Part shown: positions 48,197-53,572 of the stretch, piece after piece | Layout: each line of letters begins with the position of its first letter | Numbering within the stretch: position 1 is the stretch's first letter | Source of the DNA: a virus | Taxonomy: Duplodnaviria > Caudoviricetes | Length of the DNA: 53,572 nucleotides | Strand: one strand, 5' to 3' | Virus record (IMG/VR): IMGVR_UViG_3300045957_000057 | Span: 1 to 53,572 of that record | Made by a program: the position numbers and the translations under genes | Notes under the pieces: generated by a model | What the model was told of the DNA's origin: nothing | Database searches by the model: none | The model's input: only the letters and a program-made list of their open reading frames with translations

Positions 48197-48526
48197 CTAG
48201 TTCGTGCGCTCGGCGCGGCTCAGGTGGTCGATCAGCCGGTCCTCACGCTCTCCGGCACGTTCAAGCAGCTCGGCCGCTCGTTCGAGCGCCACTCGAAGCC
48301 GCTCGGAAGCCTCCGCCGGGTCTCGGTGCACGAGTTTGCCGCCGACGACTTGTTTCACGACCCACACGAGAGCGCCGCTCGTGCCGGTGAGCGCCGCGGC
48401 GGGTATCAACTGCTGCACCGTGTCAGCACTTGCGGTCTGAGCGAGCTGCACGGCGTACGCCGAGATGCTTCCGAGCATCGTGCCGATCACTACGATTCCG
48501 AGCTTCACCGTCACCTCGACTTGCAT
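48197..48526 (-). CDS. Two-TM protein with coiled-coil tail (holin/lysis-accessory candidate)
   Basis: Preceded by the minus-strand late promoter motif at 48554-48569. Confidence 0.6.
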   Translation of the reverse strand: MQVEVTVKLGIVVIGTMLGSISAYAVQLAQTASADTVQQLIPAAALTGTSGALVWVVKQVVGGKLVHRDPAEASERLRVALERAAELLERAGEREDRLIDHLSRAERTN

Positions 48527-48590
48527 CAGTCGGTCTACCCATCGGCCGACCAGATGATGCGCTGCGGACGGCTCGGCTACGCTGTTGACC

Positions 48591-49223
48591 ATGACCACTC
48601 CGATCGACGAACGTGCGGCCCGTGAGGCGCTTTGCCTACCTGCCGACGCGACGCTAGTTCAGAGCCACGTGCGCACTGCGTACCGGCGCCGCGCCCGAGA
48701 GACACATCCGGATGTCAACGACGGCGAGGATGCCGAGTTCAAGCTCGTGACGGCCGCGGCTGAGTACTTGCGGTCGGAGCTTGACCGAGAGGGCGGCGAG
48801 CTGCCACCGCTAGCGGCGAAGCCCCCGCCTCGAGGGCCGAACTTCTCCGGCGCTACGGCCGATGTCGCCGAGATGCTGCGCAAGGCTCGGACGCTGTTCG
48901 ACGATCAAGTCGATGTGTCGGAGTGGGCGCAAGCGAACGCCGAGCGGACGAGACGAGAGCACGCTGAGCGGTACGCCGGGAGGCATGGCCCATCGGCCAA
49001 CATCTGGGATCCGGTCAACGGCCACCGGCCGGCCGACGATCTCCGCACCGCTCGTCTGTCGGCGAACGACGAAGGTCACGTCGTCGTCGAGAACGTCCCG
49101 CCTGGCGCAAGGGTGGTGTTCAATGTCCGCACCGCCGGCGTGCGCATCGAGTCCGCCGACGGTAAGCCGCTGCCGATCAAGATCGACATCGCCGGGATGA
49201 TGAACGATCTGTTCCCCGGCTGA
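48591..49223 (+). CDS. J-domain (DnaJ-like) protein
   Basis: AYRRRARETHPD...F..V..A..YL. Confidence 0.8.
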   Translation: MTTPIDERAAREALCLPADATLVQSHVRTAYRRRARETHPDVNDGEDAEFKLVTAAAEYLRSELDREGGELPPLAAKPPPRGPNFSGATADVAEMLRKARTLFDDQVDVSEWAQANAERTRREHAERYAGRHGPSANIWDPVNGHRPADDLRTARLSANDEGHVVVENVPPGARVVFNVRTAGVRIESADGKPLPIKIDIAGMMNDLFPG

Positions 49224-49244
49224 CCGCGTGCGAGAATGAGCAGC

Positions 49245-49814
49245 ATGATTCCTGACGAGCCACTAGTCGCTGGCGACGGCGGGCTGTTCTGGTGCTTCGG
49301 ACCGACCGAAGACGATCCGTCGCCGGAGCACCGTTGGCACGTCGAGTGCGACGGCCGGATCTTCCCTGATCCGGGCGGTGACTACTGCACGCGCTGCGGG
49401 GCGACCGGCGAGACACGCCGCGGCCCGAAACGGTGCAGCTCGTGCGCTCGGCCGATCAACCGCAACGACGATCACCGGTGCGGAGCGTGCGAGTCCGTCG
49501 ACGCCGAAGCTGCCGCGCTGCCGGTCTGATCTCGGAGCATGTAGCCATTCGGCCCGTCGGCGAAGCACAATCGAGCGATGGCCGCGCAGCACTCTGATGA
49601 TCATCTCGGCCGGCTCGTGGTGCACTCGACGCCGGACATTGTCACCGAGATCGAGGGTGTGCGGTTCGATGAGGCCGAGCGAGCGATGCAGCAGCTCAGC
49701 CGGCACGAGTCGGCGACCGTCCGCACCGAGTACGGCACGGTCTACTTGATCGACGGGCTGCACTTCGCTGCCGGATGGTGGTCACCGGCCGGAACTCCAC
49801 GGGGTGAGTCGTGA
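49245..49814 (+). CDS. Two small ORFs (49245-49529 Cys-rich; 49578-49814)
   Basis: Each has a -10-like hexamer 6-7 nt before ATG. Confidence 0.45.
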
Positions 49815-51403
49815 CGATCAGACGCCGGCAGCAACCGATCTCGGCTGCAGTCGTCGCAGCACCGGGCGGTAACGGCCACACGCTCGGGCATGCTGTGACG
49901 GCCGCCGCCGGACCGGCGTACGAGTCGAACCGGACCGACGGGCTGCCCGACTTCGCTCTGACAGCGCAGCAAGTCGAGATCGATCGGTACGTCGACTGCG
50001 TCGGCTGGGCCGGCTTCTACGTACAGATCAAGGCGATGCTCGGAGCGATGTGCCCGTGGATTGTGGAGCAGCGGCAAGGCGTCGAGTGGGTGCGAGTCGA
50101 GGATCCGAGAGTGAACGCTCTCGCGTCGCTGATTCAGCCGCCGACTCGGTCGCAAGCCGGTCTGCGGTTCCGGTCACTGATGTTGCAGTCGTCGATCGCC
50201 GAGCATGCGTTCTGGCCGGCGCACACGAAGCGGCGCGGTCTCGTCTTCGACATCGCTCACCCTGGGCAGCTTCGGCGGTCTCCGGACTCGTCTGACCGGT
50301 TCGTCGTTCGCACTCGCTCAGATGCCCGGCTCGGCGGGCCCGGCTGGCATGAGTACGGGCTCGAACGGCTCCGGCGGCACTGGATCCCCAACCGGCGGTG
50401 GACCGACGAAGCCGATCCGGAGCTGTCGACCGTGCTGACCGAGCTGCGACTGTACGAGTCGACCGTGCTCGACCTGCTCCGAGCTTCGCAGTCACGCATG
50501 GTGATGAACGGTCTGCTCTACATCCCGACGATGCCGACCGGCTCGAACGCTGACGGTGGCATGTGGGCGACCGAGCAGTCGATCGACGCGTCGTCGCCGG
50601 CGGTGCCGTCGACACCGGCCGGCGGTGGTCTGATGAAGCTGATCGCCGACATGAGCGCGTTCGGTGCTCGGGCCTACCGGGATCATCTCGGCAACGACGT
50701 CGCCTCGGCGATGCCGTACCCGTTCCCGCACTTCGCCGAGCCGAAGATGCTCGACATGGGCCGACCGATCTCGGCCGAAGCTCTCGCAGCGCTCGCCGAG
50801 GTCGTCTTCGCAGCCGCTCGAGGCTTGCATATTCCGTCGCAGTTCCTCGTGTCCGGCGAGGCGTCAGCGAATCACTGGGGCGACGCTGAGCTTCGCCGTG
50901 CGCTGCACGAGCGGGCGGTGTTCCCGGAGCTGGAGCCGAACAACGAGTTCTGGACCGAGGTCGGTCTGCGGCCGATCATGGAGGTGACTCGGGCCGGTGG
51001 GCTCGTGCTCCGTGACGACGACCCGGCTGACTACCGGCTCGGGTGCGACACGTCGGTGCTCGACATCAAGTCGGACTCGCTGCAGGCGATCGCTCTCGCT
51101 CACTCGACCGGCGCTGCCGGTCGTTCGTGGCTGGCGGCGAAGCTCGGCATCCCTGAGTCGGAGATGCTGCGGCTGCCGCACGACGTGACCGAGTACGAGC
51201 AGTGGCTTTACTCGAAGTCGTCGTCGGCTCGTGCCGGTGGTGAGGCGGCGCGAGACGGGCTGACACCGGGGTCGATGCCGGGCCCGCAAGCCGGTGACGA
51301 GCCGGGCTCGGGTGTCGGTCCGGCTGTGCCGTCTGTCGACGCTCCGACCGAGCCGGAGGTGACCGCCGGTGCTCTGCGGTTGATCGCCGGCGGGGGCCGC
51401 TGA
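49811..51403 (+). CDS. Portal protein
   Basis: 530 aa; SR...GLL.IP, A.GL.IP...L...ANHW pattern of actinophage portals; precedes MuF/protease/capsid. Confidence 0.8.
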   Translation: MTIRRRQQPISAAVVAAPGGNGHTLGHAVTAAAGPAYESNRTDGLPDFALTAQQVEIDRYVDCVGWAGFYVQIKAMLGAMCPWIVEQRQGVEWVRVEDPRVNALASLIQPPTRSQAGLRFRSLMLQSSIAEHAFWPAHTKRRGLVFDIAHPGQLRRSPDSSDRFVVRTRSDARLGGPGWHEYGLERLRRHWIPNRRWTDEADPELSTVLTELRLYESTVLDLLRASQSRMVMNGLLYIPTMPTGSNADGGMWATEQSIDASSPAVPSTPAGGGLMKLIADMSAFGARAYRDHLGNDVASAMPYPFPHFAEPKMLDMGRPISAEALAALAEVVFAAARGLHIPSQFLVSGEASANHWGDAELRRALHERAVFPELEPNNEFWTEVGLRPIMEVTRAGGLVLRDDDPADYRLGCDTSVLDIKSDSLQAIALAHSTGAAGRSWLAAKLGIPESEMLRLPHDVTEYEQWLYSKSSSARAGGEAARDGLTPGSMPGPQAGDEPGSGVGPAVPSVDAPTEPEVTAGALRLIAGGGR

Positions 51404-53271
51404 TGCGCCCGCCGGCGGCTGCTCAGCAGATCGCCGAGCGTGCTCTTGGTCAGCTGTCCGGACCGGAGAGGGCCGCGGCTGATCTTCCGTGCCGGATTGC
51501 TGCCGGCACGGATCTGTCGTTCACCGAGATCGCCGCGATCCAGGGTGTGATGCTGCTCGACGACAGCTCGGCCGAGCAGCGTCTCGCTCGGCAGCTGCTC
51601 GGTGGTGAGCCGATGGCGCGGGCAGTCGCCGCGGCGGCGTCTGTAGAGCAGGCGGTCGGCCAGCCCGATCCGGGGCCGCACACCGGCGCGATGCTCGCCG
51701 GCGTCGTTCCCTCCGACGTTGCCGAGCAGCTGTCGGTGTCGGACGGGCTGCCGGTCGGCGATCTGCACGTGACGCTGTTCTTCTTCGGTGACGCCGCCGA
51801 TCTTGACGAGTCGACTCGGCAGAGCATTCGGTCGGTCGCTCAGCAGTTCTCGGCTCGGATGCCGATCTCGGTGATCGCCGGTCATGTTGGGCATCTCGGC
51901 GACGCTGAGCGAGACGGCGCTGTCGCTGTGGCGTACGAGCTGACCGCTCCGGCGCTGCACGAGCTGCATGCCGAGATGCAGCAGCAGCTCGATCAGCTCG
52001 GTGTCGAGTACTCCGACCGGTTCGCATTCCGGCCGCACTTGACGATCACGTATCTGACGCCGGACGAGGCCGAGTCGAGCTGGCCGGAAGGGCCGGTCGA
52101 CCAGCCGGTCGAGTTCGAGCTTGCCGGCGTCGCCGCCCGGTTCGGCGACGAAGACGGCGATACGGACCTGATCGAGCTGCAGGCGCCGCCCACATCGCCG
52201 GTGACGGCCGCCGGGGCCGCTGTCGGCTATCCGGTGCTCTCCGGCGCTCTGACCGAGCTGAACGGCTTCCTGGCGTCCGTCGACCGAGATCTCGGTGTCG
52301 AAGTCCGGACAGCGGTCGAGATCGGTTGGCGGTCGTCGCTCGACCGTGTCGGCCGGATGGCGACACGGCGAGCCGCCGCCGCCGCTCAGCGGCAGCTCAT
52401 GCAGATCGAGCCGGGGGCCGCGGCCGTGCACGCCGCCGCTGATCTGTCCGGTCTCGACGTCGACGCTCTGATCGGTCCGGCAGTCGACGACATCGCTCGA
52501 CACGTCGAGCGCAGGGCCGCGACCGTGCAGGCCGTCGTCGCCGGCCGGATCGGTGAGCTGTTCGGCGTCGACATCTCGAACGTGTGGCCGGAGCCGGCCG
52601 AGATCCGCACGCAGCTCGCCGATGCGATGACGGCGGAGCTTCAGCGCACGCTCGGCCGGCTCGGCGACCGCGATCGGATCGATCCGACAGCGACCGAGGC
52701 CGATCCGCTGCTCGCTCCGTATCAGCTGACTCGCAACGTGCTCGCGTTCGCCGGCGGCGCCGACATCGTCGACGGCGGCATCCGGCGAGACGGCATCGGC
52801 CGGCCGCTGACTGCACGGCTGACCGCCGGCGCCGACTCGGTGCCGCTCGGGCCGGGCACGATCGAGCTTGTGCGTGATGCGCTCGTCTCATGGTCCGATG
52901 CCGGCGTAACAGCCGCGGCACGACGCCGCGCCGGTGCCGCGATCTCGGACGAGCTGCGGGCGGAGTTATCCGAGGTCGCCTCGAGGATGGCCGGAGCGTC
53001 GGAGCAGCCCCCGCTTGAACAGGTGACCGTGCACACGTGGCGGCTGAACCTGAACGGCCGAGCGATCGAGAACCTGCCGAGGCACGAGAAACTTGCCGGC
53101 ACGACTGTCGCTTCGGTGTCGGATCTGCAGCAGCTCGCCGACGCCGCGGCCGATCCGAACGACTGGCCCGGTGTTTCGTACTCGCATCCGGGCGACCATC
53201 GGCACTGCCACTGCGGCTGGGACACGCACATCGAGCTGCGACCGGTGCAGCTCGCTCTTCCGGTGTCGTAA
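51403..53271 (+). CDS. MuF-like minor head protein fused to a 2H phosphoesterase domain
   Basis: LHVTL and PHLTI (two HxT motifs); C-terminal H..L.G, HPGDH.HC.C. Confidence 0.75.
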   Translation: MRPPAAAQQIAERALGQLSGPERAAADLPCRIAAGTDLSFTEIAAIQGVMLLDDSSAEQRLARQLLGGEPMARAVAAAASVEQAVGQPDPGPHTGAMLAGVVPSDVAEQLSVSDGLPVGDLHVTLFFFGDAADLDESTRQSIRSVAQQFSARMPISVIAGHVGHLGDAERDGAVAVAYELTAPALHELHAEMQQQLDQLGVEYSDRFAFRPHLTITYLTPDEAESSWPEGPVDQPVEFELAGVAARFGDEDGDTDLIELQAPPTSPVTAAGAAVGYPVLSGALTELNGFLASVDRDLGVEVRTAVEIGWRSSLDRVGRMATRRAAAAAQRQLMQIEPGAAAVHAAADLSGLDVDALIGPAVDDIARHVERRAATVQAVVAGRIGELFGVDISNVWPEPAEIRTQLADAMTAELQRTLGRLGDRDRIDPTATEADPLLAPYQLTRNVLAFAGGADIVDGGIRRDGIGRPLTARLTAGADSVPLGPGTIELVRDALVSWSDAGVTAAARRRAGAAISDELRAELSEVASRMAGASEQPPLEQVTVHTWRLNLNGRAIENLPRHEKLAGTTVASVSDLQQLADAAADPNDWPGVSYSHPGDHRHCHCGWDTHIELRPVQLALPVS

Positions 53272-53343
53272 AGTTGCATGTTGCTGCAGTGTTGGTATCG
53301 TCTCGGCTGCGAGGCGCTTGCCGCCGCCCAGCGTCCGCATCAC

Positions 53344-53385
53344 GAGCAGGGCCCCCATCTCGTCGCCCGGGTCGGGGCCCTGCTC
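53344..53385 (+). terminator. 12-bp-stem hairpin
   Basis: gagcagggcccc / ggggccctgctc. Confidence 0.5.
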
Positions 53386-53403
53386 TCGTTCTATGATGAG
53401 CGC

Positions 53404-53572
53404 ATGACCGACGACGATCGTCTGCCGCCGACCGGCGCTAGGAGTGCGATGACGAAGCCTGGCGCTATTGAATGGTGGCACTGCCTCGACGTGTGGACGT
53501 CGCTCGGCGGCCACCCCGCCAAGTTCGATGAGTGGATCGCTGAGCCTCGCAGGACACGGGCAGACGCTTGGG
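53404..53572 (+). CDS. Hypothetical protein, 5' part, continues across the origin
   Basis: TATGAT-6nt-ATG; open frame through the terminal repeat. Confidence 0.6.
   Translation, partial: MTDDDRLPPTGARSAMTKPGAIEWWHCLDVWTSLGGHPAKFDEWIAEPRRTRADAW
53537..53572. repeat. Terminal direct repeat, right copy
   Basis: Identical to 1-36. Confidence 0.95.

Overview
This window looks like a complete, circularly assembled ~53.5-kb high-GC tailed (siphovirus-like) phage genome. Bases 1-36 repeat exactly at 53537-53572, and an ORF reads through that junction. The host is probably in Actinomycetota (WhiB gene, leaderless TANNNT promoters, actinophage-type head and tail genes). Almost all genes are on the + strand. 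Gene order: portal, 2H-phosphoesterase/MuF head protein, capsid protease, two capsid proteins, tail module with a -1 frameshifted chaperone and 1572-aa tape measure; then an early/recombination module (UvrD-like helicase, Gam-like, RecT/Bet, RusA, ParB, HNH, WhiB, beta-clamp-like); then ParB-N + Mom-like DNA modification + terminases; then DUF932, amidase endolysin and membrane genes. I found no integrase, CI-like repressor, DNA polymerase or primase. Highlights: (1) a degenerate tRNA-Gly(TCC)-like RNA with intact GlyRS identity elements sits inside the 3' end of the Mom-like gene, a candidate dedicated glycyl carrier for adenine hypermodification; (2) a structured RNA upstream of the capsid gene displays, in a loop, the antisense of a GGAAACCACTC motif found at the starts of five early genes; (3) those same five genes have SOS-box-like operators overlapping their -10 elements; (4) a 1.5-kb foreign capsid-gene cassette with a 33-bp inverted-repeat-bounded flipped segment interrupts a small membrane gene; (5) a recurring late-promoter motif and a ~350-nt structured non-coding region. 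All calls come from reading sequence and motifs by eye; no database searches were run.
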